A stretch of DNA of 64,000 nt. Origin: an uncultured Candidatus Saccharibacteria bacterium (GTDB taxonomy: Bacteria; Patescibacteriota; Minisyncoccia; Phycocordibacterales; CAIZLB01). Both the position numbers and the translations under genes were made by a program. Below, one piece after another: positions 10,308 through 19,231 of this stretch. The stretch covers positions 318,197 through 382,196 of the forward strand of contig CAZKAF010000001.1 of NCBI GenBank assembly GCA_964550955.1, written 5' to 3'. The notes under the pieces were generated by a model. The model was not told where the DNA came from and searched no databases. It was given only the letters and a program-made list of their open reading frames with translations. How positions within the stretch are numbered: the first letter of the stretch is position 1; each line of letters opens with the position of its first letter.

Positions 10308-10405
10308 GTTTTCATGATAGCATATTCGAAAAATTCCAAGTACCCGCGTATTCATAAACGAGGGCGCGCTGCGCACTTTTGCATCAGGCATACTGTTATT
10401 CCGCC

Positions 10406-11161
10406 TTACCCCTTTCTTGTCTCGGCTTCATGGATATGGAACAAGTCCTCAAGTATCCGGGAATGAACTTCCCCTTCGCCGTGATGCCCGTGAAAATCAT
10501 GAATTTCTGCTGATTTTTCCTTCAGGAGATTTTCAAGCATGTGCATTCTTTCGAAATAAATGGCAAGCCGCTGCTGAATGGCCTCGTCGGTATCGTCCGG
10601 CCGAACCGGTCCGCCGGAACGCCGCGCGCTTTCGGCCCTGTCCAGGCACCTCTTCTTCGAGGCCTCCGGAGTAAGATTGATCCGGATGACTCCGACCTTC
10701 GGGTCCCGCCCGTGATATGCCCGCCCGAGCTCGAACAGATGATGCACCTGCTTGTCGCTTCTCGGAAATCCGTCGAAAATCAGGACGTGCTTCGTGCCGC
10801 CCGCCTCCCGCTGGACGGCAAAATGATTCATGAGCGCATTGAATGTCACGTCATCGTTGAGCATTCGGCCGGCCAGCATGTCCGTCTTGGCCTGCCGAAG
10901 CTCCTCATTCAGGTTGTCCGAGGTAAGGAGAATCGACCTTAGAATATCGCCGACAGCCGCAAAATCGGCATCCGTCTTCTTGAGAATCTTCTTAAGCTGG
11001 GTAGTCTTCCCCGACCCCTGCGGACCGACCAGGGCAATCACGTCGTATTTGCTCTTATGCGTATGGGACGCCTGTGTCGGCGCCTTCGAATCTGCGCGAG
11101 CGAGCGCATGCGAGGCCGAGTTTTTAGAACTTGTATTTTCTGAATTATTTTTATTTGGCAT
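10406..11161 (-). CDS. adenylate kinase family protein (short-LID type)
   Basis: P-loop VIALVGPQGSGKTTQ, NMP-binding GDILR and LIFDGFPR motifs. Start taken at MPNKNN; a low-complexity N-terminal extension is possible up to 11230. Confidence 0.7.
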   Translation of the reverse strand: MPNKNNSENTSSKNSASHALARADSKAPTQASHTHKSKYDVIALVGPQGSGKTTQLKKILKKTDADFAAVGDILRSILLTSDNLNEELRQAKTDMLAGRMLNDDVTFNALMNHFAVQREAGGTKHVLIFDGFPRSDKQVHHLFELGRAYHGRDPKVGVIRINLTPEASKKRCLDRAESARRSGGPVRPDDTDEAIQQRLAIYFERMHMLENLLKEKSAEIHDFHGHHGEGEVHSRILEDLFHIHEAETRKG

Positions 11162-11291
11162 TGATTCACTATAGCACAGCGGTTTGGCAGGGGGTGTGAA
11201 CAACGGACATCGCAGCTGCGATGTCATCAAATAAAAAAGCCGCGCGACTCACCGGATTTTACCAGTGAGCGCGCGACTCCGAACCGTCGGC

Positions 11292-11915
11292 TTACTCGGC
11301 GATGACGGGACATTCGATGCCGTAAATGCAGCAAAGCCCGTTCGCATAGCGAAGACCGTTGGCCATCATTTCTTCCCCATCCAGCGTGACAAGATCAACG
11401 CGGCCGGAATGCTCGGACAGCATCTTCCCCATGGCAGGAATCGTCTCCTTGCCGAAATCCCCGAGGCGGCGATAGAACTCCTCGAGCTCGTCATCCGACC
11501 GGTTTTCGCGGACCGGACGCTTCGCGCACTCATCGTCAGTCGTATCGACGTGGATGATGACGATGCTGTGGAATCCGTGCTCCTCGGCCAGGCTGATGAT
11601 GCGCGGCACCTGGTCGGGCTTCCTCAGCAGGCCGTCGGCGACGACGATCTGCTGATCCTTGTGATTTTCAAATTGCTGGCCGAAAGCGAGGAAAAGCTCG
11701 GTCGAAGGCCACAGAGTGCTTTGATGCTTCTCCATGTACCTTTGAGCCGCCCGAGCGATCTCGCTGTTATTCTGAATTTCGGCGCGGCAAACTTCCCCGA
11801 CGCCGATAATCGGAATCTGGGGAGCTATCTGCCCGAGAAACTTCAGAAGAGTCCCCTTTCCCGATTTCGGCTTGCCGAGCGGAATGAACAGCCTTTTCAA
11901 ACATTTCTTACTCAC
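11292..11915 (-). CDS. second nucleoside-monophosphate kinase family paralog (ADK-like, specificity unknown)
   Basis: IPLGKPKSGKGTLLKF P-loop, VADGLLRKPDQ (equivalent to LDGFPR) and an R..R..DD.E.....RL tail. Lies in tandem with the preceding ADK-like gene. Confidence 0.55.
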   Translation of the reverse strand: MSKKCLKRLFIPLGKPKSGKGTLLKFLGQIAPQIPIIGVGEVCRAEIQNNSEIARAAQRYMEKHQSTLWPSTELFLAFGQQFENHKDQQIVVADGLLRKPDQVPRIISLAEEHGFHSIVIIHVDTTDDECAKRPVRENRSDDELEEFYRRLGDFGKETIPAMGKMLSEHSGRVDLVTLDGEEMMANGLRYANGLCCIYGIECPVIAE

Positions 11916-12181
11916 TAGTTTTATCCTCCTGAATGGTTGTTGGTTGCCTTGCCTCGGATAAACGACTAAAAGCGACTAGGCTTAAGAATCACCTTAAGTC
12001 CCTTGCCTTGAGCCGGATACGCGAAGCTTCAATGTACGAATGTCCCCATCCCCAGATATTGGGGCGAGACCCGAGCAATATACACGAACAGGCCTTTATT
12101 TTCAACCCGTTTTGCCGTAAACTAAAGACTCTTATAAGCGGCCTGAGAGACGGCCTCAATCAAAATTCAGCAGATATTCAT

Positions 12182-13729
12182 ATGACAAATAACATCGATC
12201 CTAAAAAGCAGTCAGTCCTCATCGTCCTGGACGGATGGGGCTACCGGGAAGACAGCAAGGATAATGCCGTGCTTCAGGCCAAGACTCCGAACTTTGATGC
12301 ATATTGGGCGAAATATCCGCATGCGCTCCTCGAAGCCAGCGGTCTTGCCGTCGGGCTGCCGGAAGGCCAGATGGGAAACAGCGAAATCGGGCACATGACT
12401 ATCGGCGCCGGAAAAGCCATGGACACCGACCTGGTACGAATCAAGAAAGCCATACAATCCGGAGAATACGATAAAAATCACGCGTTCGTTGCCCTATTCG
12501 AGCATGTCAAAAAGCATGATTCCGTTCTTCACGTTCAGGGCCTTCTCGGCGAGGGAGGAGTGCACAGCCATTCGGATCACCTCTTCGCGTTCATCAAGGC
12601 TGCCAAAAAAGCCGGAGTTAAAAAAGTTGCCATTCACATATTCACGGATGGGCGAGACACCGCGCCGCAAAGCGCAGCGCAATACATCTCCGAACTGGAA
12701 GATCTTTTGCATGAAATCAATGACGAGACGCACATGTCATTCATAGCGACGGTATCAGGACGATTCTTCGCCATGGACCGGGACAACAACTGGGACAGGC
12801 TCTCCAAAGTTGAAAAAGTGTTGTTCGAATGCGAGGGAGGAGTGTGCGAAGTCAAGCCTTCGGATTTCATCAAGACCCTGTACAAGGATGGAAAATTGGA
12901 CGAGCACCTTGAGCCGCATGTCGTCGCGGGCCCTCACGGCAACGGCGTCAGGATATCCGAAAATGACGGCATATTCTTTTTCAACTTCAGGGCGGACCGG
13001 GCGCGAATGCTTTCCCGTAAAATCATGGAGCGGGCAAAATCTCAAAACGTATGCTTCGTGACGCTTACGTCATACGGATCCGAATATTCCCTTGAAGCCG
13101 GATATCTCGTCGCATTTGAACCTGCATCTATCGAGACGACGCTGGCCAAAGAAATCTCGGCGGCCGGCCTGACGCAGGCGCATATTGCCGAGACGGAAAA
13201 ATTTCCTCACGCGACGTATTTCCTAAACGGCGGAATTGAAAAACTCTATGATGGCGAAAAGCATATCCTGCTCGACAGCCGGAAGGACGTGCAGACGCAT
13301 GACCAGGCGCCTGAAATGCGAGCTGAAGCCATTGCGGACAAGGCCATTGAGGAAATTAACAATGGCACGAACTTTATTTTCATAAACTTTGCGAACCCTG
13401 ACATGGTCGGACATACGGCAAATGTCCCGGCGATCATCGCAGCCGTCGAAAAAGTTGACCTTGAGCTCGGACGAGTCATAAGCGCCCTTGAGGCGCGAGG
13501 CGGAACTGCGTTCATCACTGCTGACCATGGAAATGCGGAGCTGAACATTGACCCTGTCACGGGCGAGAAGCATACGGCCCACACTATCAATCCGGTTCCG
13601 GCCATTGTCACCGACGCTTCGGTCTCCCTCAAGCCGACAGGAACGCTCGCTGACATCGCGCCGACAATGCTCGCCGTTCACGGCATCGCTTCGCCTGACA
13701 AGATGACCGGAGCAAGCCTTATCTCATAA
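12182..13729 (+). CDS. gpmI: 2,3-bisphosphoglycerate-independent phosphoglycerate mutase
   Basis: VLIVLDGWGYREDSKDNAV, GNSEIGHMTIGAG, FTDGRDT and ITADHGNAE are diagnostic iPGM motifs. Start taken at MTNNIDPKK (ATG 12182). Confidence 0.9.
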   Translation: MTNNIDPKKQSVLIVLDGWGYREDSKDNAVLQAKTPNFDAYWAKYPHALLEASGLAVGLPEGQMGNSEIGHMTIGAGKAMDTDLVRIKKAIQSGEYDKNHAFVALFEHVKKHDSVLHVQGLLGEGGVHSHSDHLFAFIKAAKKAGVKKVAIHIFTDGRDTAPQSAAQYISELEDLLHEINDETHMSFIATVSGRFFAMDRDNNWDRLSKVEKVLFECEGGVCEVKPSDFIKTLYKDGKLDEHLEPHVVAGPHGNGVRISENDGIFFFNFRADRARMLSRKIMERAKSQNVCFVTLTSYGSEYSLEAGYLVAFEPASIETTLAKEISAAGLTQAHIAETEKFPHATYFLNGGIEKLYDGEKHILLDSRKDVQTHDQAPEMRAEAIADKAIEEINNGTNFIFINFANPDMVGHTANVPAIIAAVEKVDLELGRVISALEARGGTAFITADHGNAELNIDPVTGEKHTAHTINPVPAIVTDASVSLKPTGTLADIAPTMLAVHGIASPDKMTGASLIS

Positions 13730-13790
13730 GCGAACCTGCCCGGCGGCCTCAGCTCACACGGACATGGGGCCGTTCGAAGATCTCAGACAA

Positions 13791-13846
13791 ATAAAAAGAG
13801 CCTCACCCGTTCGCTTGCGCAAATAAGTGAGGCTTTTGTTTTTTGA
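13791..13846. terminator. bidirectional rho-independent terminator between gpmI and the 13866-14210 gene
   Basis: GCCTCAC (13801-13807) pairs with GTGAGGC (13828-13834). It is followed by TTTTGTTTTTT and preceded by AATAAAAAGA. Confidence 0.6.
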
Positions 13847-13865
13847 AATGGGTACAGGTCTGATT

Positions 13866-14210
13866 TCAGTCCACGTCCCAGAGCCAGATGCCGCCGACCA
13901 AAGTGCCGGCCCGACCTTGATGGGCGCAACCACCACTGCTCACGCCGTGATCTTTGATAAGTCGGGCACCACCATCGCTTTGGATGCGACCGGTGGCGTC
14001 CATGACAAATCCCGCAGTTTTGTGAATCGCGATCAGAGTCCAAGCGTCATCCGCTTCGAGTTCAGCCTGATCTTTTCGGTCTGGAGCACCCTCAAAGCGG
14101 CCGATGACAATGATCCAGTCCTCAGATGCCTGCACGCTGCTTTTCAACATTGCCCATGCACCTTTTTGGCTTTCATCTGCAAGCAAGGCTTGCGCTTCCG
14201 ATTTTTTCAT
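13866..14210 (-). CDS. hypothetical small protein
   Basis: 114-aa ORF ending at the terminator. No recognisable motif. Confidence 0.4.
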   Translation of the reverse strand: MKKSEAQALLADESQKGAWAMLKSSVQASEDWIIVIGRFEGAPDRKDQAELEADDAWTLIAIHKTAGFVMDATGRIQSDGGARLIKDHGVSSGGCAHQGRAGTLVGGIWLWDVD

Positions 14211-14356
14211 AATCTTATTGAGTTGATTTGAATTTAGTGAGAAAAGTCACGATTTACCAAGCAGGATGCCGGCAGATTATCAGGACCCTTCATTCTAAAT
14301 TCAAATAACGAAAAAGATTGTCTGGATATATAATATCATTATATACGTATTATGTC

Positions 14357-14392
14357 AATATAAAAGCCCCTGCCGATTTCTCGGCAGGGGCG
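14357..14392 (-). terminator. rho-independent terminator downstream of the purM-like gene
   Basis: A perfect 11-bp stem GCCCCTGCCGA/TCGGCAGGGGC is followed on the minus strand by TTTTATATT. Confidence 0.6.
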
Positions 14393-14433
14393 ATTTGAGT
14401 TTTGGGCTCACAAGCAAGAGAACGCAGGTCTCG

Positions 14434-15567
14434 TTACTGCCGGATAGACATGTCCTTTTCTTCAAAGGCGACATCGACCGGCTCAATGATCACGCGTTTT
14501 GGACCAGCTTCGACTTCTCCGATTTCCAATGCCCTGTATCCGGTATCTGCGGCGACGGCATAGATTGATCCGACGGCTTGCGGCCGGACGATCAACGCGA
14601 AGCCTGTCCCCATGTTGTAATTGCCCCACATTTCCTCTTTTTCGACATTCCCCAGCGACTGGATGTCGCCGAAGATTTCGTGCTCAGGCTGAAGGCGCGT
14701 GATGCGGTACGTGAACGAAGGCTTTGCCCTCATGATCTTCCTCCAGCCATGGCCCGTCACATGAATGACGTAGCTGGGCCGAATGCCCCTGCGAATCAGC
14801 TCATTGACGAGCTTCACGTAATTCACGGTCGGCACCAAGGCTTTCCAATAGATATCCAGGGCGCGATCTTCAGGCAAAGACGATGCGATCTTGCGAACCA
14901 GGCTGATGCCGTTGGCATGCACGCCCGAACTTTCAAAGCCGATGATCTTGTCGCCAGCTTCAATCTCCTCCCTGAAGGGAACGTGCGGGTTCGGAAGATA
15001 GCCGGCCGCCGAACCTGCCAAGACGGCAGTTCCGGGATCGACGATATCCTTGAGTGCCGGAGTTTCGCCGCCGGTCCAGGCGGCCCCGCTTTGAATGCAG
15101 GCATCCCTCCATCCATGCATGAGCGCTTCGACTCGCGGAACGTCCCTGAGCCAATTGCCGCTCCCGACTGCCAGATGCATCTGGAGGGAGACAGGCGGAA
15201 TGCCCAAGGTAATCATGTCGTTCACGATCATGGCGACCGTGTCCTGGGCCGCGCAAGCGTAGCCGGAAGCATCGCCCGTCAAGTCATAGAGGAGGTCGGC
15301 CATGAGAACCTTCGTCCCCAAACCTTCCTCGACATGCGAGATGAATCCTCCGGGAATCATGAGTATCGGCGCGCTTTCGCCCCGATACCCTTCGAGTTGC
15401 ATCACCCCGAGCCAGTTCGGGCCCTTGCCAGTCTGCTCTCCGAGGCGCTGCCCAAGAACCTTTGCCGGGTCCAAGTCACCATAGTCAACGCCCGATGAGG
15501 CGTATGTAAGCGGTTTAATATCAGTCACGACTAATTCCTCCTTGTATGTTTCTTTGCGGTTTTCCAA
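14434..15567 (-). CDS. purM: AIR-synthase-related protein, PurM-like (phosphoribosylformylglycinamidine cyclo-ligase family)
   Basis: GGETPALKDIV...AGSAAG and GFESSGVHANGISLVRKI match PurM GGETAEMPG and SSGLHSNGYSLVRK. Confidence 0.6.
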   Translation of the reverse strand: MENRKETYKEELVVTDIKPLTYASSGVDYGDLDPAKVLGQRLGEQTGKGPNWLGVMQLEGYRGESAPILMIPGGFISHVEEGLGTKVLMADLLYDLTGDASGYACAAQDTVAMIVNDMITLGIPPVSLQMHLAVGSGNWLRDVPRVEALMHGWRDACIQSGAAWTGGETPALKDIVDPGTAVLAGSAAGYLPNPHVPFREEIEAGDKIIGFESSGVHANGISLVRKIASSLPEDRALDIYWKALVPTVNYVKLVNELIRRGIRPSYVIHVTGHGWRKIMRAKPSFTYRITRLQPEHEIFGDIQSLGNVEKEEMWGNYNMGTGFALIVRPQAVGSIYAVAADTGYRALEIGEVEAGPKRVIIEPVDVAFEEKDMSIRQ

Positions 15568-15660
15568 ATAAGCTTTGGGATGCTAGAGACCTTAACTTGA
15601 AATGAGCTCTGCCCCAAAGCATACTTTTTCCAGCGGCCTTGTAAAGCCGATGCAAGGAAA

Positions 15661-15696
15661 GCCCGTCAGCAGTTCGCATGCTGACGGGCTTTTATT
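15661..15696. terminator. terminator-like hairpin with ambiguous orientation
   Basis: An 11-bp stem GCCCGTCAGCA/TGCTGACGGGC is followed by TTTTATTAATT on the plus strand, yet both flanking genes are on the minus strand. Confidence 0.35.
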
Positions 15697-15713
15697 AATT
15701 CCGGAAGGAGTGC

Positions 15714-16139
15714 CTAAGATTCGATATTGTCCGCAAGCTTCTCAACCAGGGCGTCTATCTGATTCCGCACGCTCCTCGTAAACTCCAGGTCTTTGCCTTT
15801 CGGATCAAGAACATGCCATCTTGAAACCTTCGGATTGTCGAGCAGATAGTCAGGCACAGGATCCTCATCATCGACGACAAGAATCACCTTGTCGGCGTCG
15901 CTTGCCATTTCTTCCGTGATTTGCCTGCGAGGACTGCCAGACACGTCGATGCCGACTTCCTTCATCGCTTCGATGACTTCGTTAATCGCCGGAGCAAGCT
16001 CGCCGATTGGCTGTTCGGGACCGCTCAGCTTCGTCCCAGCCGAAGAGACTTTAATCGAACCGCCGGCTTTCGCCCTGAGCAGCGCCTCGGCCATCTGGCT
16101 CCTTCCGACATTTCCCCTGCAAACGAACAGTATTTTCAT
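15714..16139 (-). CDS. low-molecular-weight protein-tyrosine phosphatase / ArsC-type arsenate reductase family
   Basis: N-terminal CX5R P-loop VCRGNVGRSQMAE; 141 aa. Confidence 0.75.
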   Translation of the reverse strand: MKILFVCRGNVGRSQMAEALLRAKAGGSIKVSSAGTKLSGPEQPIGELAPAINEVIEAMKEVGIDVSGSPRRQITEEMASDADKVILVVDDEDPVPDYLLDNPKVSRWHVLDPKGKDLEFTRSVRNQIDALVEKLADNIES

Positions 16140-16246
16140 ATGCCTATTCTATATCGAAAGCTCAATTGATTAAAGTGGGCGCAGATGCATGATTCCAGAA
16201 TCCGGCTCATCGGCGAGAACTTGGGTCAAAAGATGGATTACGAATT

Positions 16247-17068
16247 CTATTTATAGTCTTCCCCGCTTTCAGCCTCAAATTCTTTTCGATACTGCTTCCA
16301 GCCTACGAAGTTGCCGGCTCTCTCCCTTGTCCGCATCGCTTGAGCGACATGCTCAAAGGGGCTCCAGTGTCCCGATGACGACAGCTTTTCACACAATTTC
16401 AAATCACTTGCAATGTCGGAGGCTGTCCCGTCGAACAGCGAGTAGCTGACGCGAGCACAACGTGCGGCACTTACCTTCTTCTTGATTTCCAAATCAATAT
16501 CTCGTTCACCATCAAGGACAAACGGCATGTGCCAGTCTCCAGCGCTGAGTCTTTTCGGCACCTGTTCCTTCATGAGAAAATCAATCTGTTCTGCCACATA
16601 TCGAATTTCCGGCTGGGCATCCCCATTTGCCCTAAGGGATAAAAAGTTGGACCATTCCGTTGCAGTAACCACGATGTCCACCATGAGCCACGGCTCAATA
16701 ATCCTGTTAACCACCTCCTTATGAATTCCTACAGCTTCCCCAAGATAGTGAAAAAATACAGGAATATATCTAGACCAAAGCCATATTTTCTGCGCCAACC
16801 AAAGGCTTGTGCCCCTGAGCGGTTTTCCCGACTGCATGCCGGGTTTATTTTTACCGAAGTATACAGGGACAAAGGGATCAGCAAGGACGCTCTTCCTGAT
16901 TCGCTTCGCTGGGATAGCCCTACTGGAAGCTGAGTTTCTAGACAGCACCCTATGGCTAATGACGTGCCCCCAAATGAACTTTGGAATCTTCAGGGAAAAA
17001 GTAGCCAATCGCTTGCCTGTTTCAGATGATTCAGAATACGAAATAAGTTTTACTTCTATCTTATTCAT
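16247..17068 (-). CDS. thyX: flavin-dependent thymidylate synthase
   Basis: ThyX signature region ATFSLKIPKFIWGHVISHRVLSRNSASSRAI aligns with [30 protein letters not shown], and the C-terminal NFLSLRANGDAQPEI aligns with NFLNLRADSHAQWEI. Start taken at MNKIEV (ATG 17068), 4 nt after the upstream gene's stop. Confidence 0.75.
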   Translation of the reverse strand: MNKIEVKLISYSESSETGKRLATFSLKIPKFIWGHVISHRVLSRNSASSRAIPAKRIRKSVLADPFVPVYFGKNKPGMQSGKPLRGTSLWLAQKIWLWSRYIPVFFHYLGEAVGIHKEVVNRIIEPWLMVDIVVTATEWSNFLSLRANGDAQPEIRYVAEQIDFLMKEQVPKRLSAGDWHMPFVLDGERDIDLEIKKKVSAARCARVSYSLFDGTASDIASDLKLCEKLSSSGHWSPFEHVAQAMRTRERAGNFVGWKQYRKEFEAESGEDYK

Positions 17069-18185
17069 GTTTTTCCAATATATCCGTAACCAAGACTGGC
17101 ACCTCAACAAAGCCAGTCGGCACGACATTCCTTGTAACGGCCTCAAGCGTCGATCCGTAGAGCAGGCCGATTGTTCTCTCAATTTCTTCAGGGGTAGATT
17201 CGTACCGGTTTCCCTTGAACGTAATAGGAAATCCGTTATTGATAAGGACAAGGTCGTTCCATGCGACATCGCCATGAACATCAGGCGAAAGGATTCCCTT
17301 CTTTCTGATGCAGACCGCGGGAAATTCCCGGTCAGCAGAGGACATGCTTATAAAATACAGCTTGCGACTGAAAGCATTTTCTAGCGCTTGAAGCTGTCGC
17401 TCATTCAAAATATTACTTCCAGTAGCCCCGACAACCATATTGATGTCGTTGTTTCTGATCAAGTCTATGAGTTCTGCTTGACCGTGATGAGCAATGTCAT
17501 ATCCAAGTGTAAAATAACCCTGACTTTCAAGTATCGCAAGAGTATTGCTGCCCATCGGACCCAGGCCGACTACAAGTATTCTAGGTTCGGCGATGGAGTA
17601 TTTGTTGATTACGTCACCAATCCTCCTGCACCCCAGATCAGCGATGAGAGGGCTCTCTTTGATTAATTTAACGGCTGAACGGGCGACATTGAATACAGGG
17701 AAATGAAGCTGGGTATTTTCGAGCTTTCTGAATCCAGAGGAAGTCTGCTCGACGCCGACAACAGAGACACCTTGCGGCATTGATTTAAAATTGTCATTCA
17801 CCGCCTTTAAAAGTTCTCCGCCGTCATCCAGAATGACTATTTTTGACGGAGACTCGATTGAGGACAGGAATGCGCGGAGTTCATTTATGCAATTCTTATT
17901 ATGTTCAACATCAAAGGATACTTCCGGGTTGAATACCGGCTTTGACACTTTAAAATCTTCTCGTATCAGTTCGCTCAAAACCTCATCGCTTGTCGAGTAG
18001 ATTTTTCCAAAAATATGGATGTTTTCCTTCGGAACACCGAAATCAGATATTAAATTGAACATCTTTGCCTGAGGCTCAAGGATATGCTGGCATGCCAAAA
18101 TATAGACATTGGCAAATGATCCTTGTTCCATTTTGTATGCTTGAGTAATTTCTCGAAGCAAAGAATATGCGTATTTTGAAGACAT
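17061..18185 (-). CDS. divergent adenosylhomocysteinase-fold NAD-binding protein (function unknown)
   Basis: VEQTSSGFRKL...FPVFNVARSAVK...LGCRR...ILVVGLGPMGSNTLA follows the S-adenosylhomocysteine hydrolase pattern (TTTGV.RL...PAINVNDSVTK...YGCRESL...VVAGYGDVGKGCA). It is too divergent to be a canonical enzyme. AT-rich. Confidence 0.4.
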   Translation of the reverse strand: MSSKYAYSLLREITQAYKMEQGSFANVYILACQHILEPQAKMFNLISDFGVPKENIHIFGKIYSTSDEVLSELIREDFKVSKPVFNPEVSFDVEHNKNCINELRAFLSSIESPSKIVILDDGGELLKAVNDNFKSMPQGVSVVGVEQTSSGFRKLENTQLHFPVFNVARSAVKLIKESPLIADLGCRRIGDVINKYSIAEPRILVVGLGPMGSNTLAILESQGYFTLGYDIAHHGQAELIDLIRNNDINMVVGATGSNILNERQLQALENAFSRKLYFISMSSADREFPAVCIRKKGILSPDVHGDVAWNDLVLINNGFPITFKGNRYESTPEEIERTIGLLYGSTLEAVTRNVVPTGFVEVPVLVTDILEKHE

Positions 18186-18434
18186 ATAACTTATCTATTT
18201 TACACCCGTTGTTCATTAGCCCTACCTCGTTATAGTCGATCCAACACCCATGGAATTTCCGGCGCCACAGGACATCTACGGACTGGCAGAGATTGAACTT
18301 TTGTGGACATATCTTACATTTAGTTGTATTATCAGTATACTATTCGTCGAATTCCGAATACATATTATAAAAATAGCTCATCGCAGGAACATATGACTGT
18401 GAATCAGCCCGTATTTCAACATTAAACTACCAAT

Positions 18435-19214
18435 ATGAACAAAGAGCTCGAACAAAGCCTGTCTTTGCTTGGCCTAAAACCTCAGGCACAAAAAGTCCTT
18501 ATCTCCCTCATTGAATTAGGCAACTCCCCCGCCGCGCCCATTGCCACAAAACTGAGTCTGCCGAAATCAACAGTATATGACGCCCTTGAAGAGCTCGTCT
18601 CAAATAGCTTGGTAGTTGAATTTAGCGGCGAACAGGGCAAAGTTTTTAGCATTGCGGACGCCGCGCGTCTTGCAGAACTGCATCAACAGCGCATGAAAGA
18701 ATTGCAGGACGCCCAAACAACGTTCCTGCATTTTATGGAGAATCATGCCTCGGAAACCGGCACATTCAAGCCGAAAATAAAATTTTACTCTGGCATCAGC
18801 GGCATGCGTCAAGCCTTCCGGGACATGTCGTGGCAGAAGGACATCAAGACTGCATACCTGATGTGGCCCATGCAGGACATGATCGACGTCTTAGGCGAAC
18901 CGTTTCTAGAGCACCACGGCAGCCAACGTCACAAGTTCGGCGTGCACCTTAAATCAATTCGCAAAGAAAGCGACAAAAGGCTTAACACCGCGGAACATCA
19001 GTGGCTTATCAGGCATGACCCGAAAGAACAAGCCCGGACAGTTCGTTACGCCCCGCCCTCGGTTGATTGGAGCATGAGTTATTGGATTTACGGTGACAAG
19101 TGCCTGTTCGCCGGCGGAGACAAGGAGCGCTTCGCATTCACGGTGCACAGCCGAGAATTCGCATCGCTCATGCGGTTGTTGTGGGAGCAAATGTGGAATA
19201 TTTCCAAGGAATAA
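18435..19214 (+). CDS. TrmB-family HTH transcriptional regulator
   Basis: N-terminal winged helix LSLLGLKPQAQKVLISLIELGNSPAAPIATKLSLPKSTVYDALEELVSNSLV is typical of TrmB. Transcribed divergently from the thyX/adenosylhomocysteinase-like pair across a 249-bp AT-rich intergenic region. Confidence 0.6.
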   Translation: MNKELEQSLSLLGLKPQAQKVLISLIELGNSPAAPIATKLSLPKSTVYDALEELVSNSLVVEFSGEQGKVFSIADAARLAELHQQRMKELQDAQTTFLHFMENHASETGTFKPKIKFYSGISGMRQAFRDMSWQKDIKTAYLMWPMQDMIDVLGEPFLEHHGSQRHKFGVHLKSIRKESDKRLNTAEHQWLIRHDPKEQARTVRYAPPSVDWSMSYWIYGDKCLFAGGDKERFAFTVHSREFASLMRLLWEQMWNISKE

Positions 19215-19231
19215 CAGCAGGAGGTCGCCCC

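Noticed and set aside
11228-11291. Direct repeat CGCGCGACTC x2 with a short palindrome CTCACCGG..CCAGTGAG between the two NMP-kinase genes
   Set aside because: Only a 5-bp stem, probably just an intergenic terminator or promoter remnant. Not enough to call a feature.
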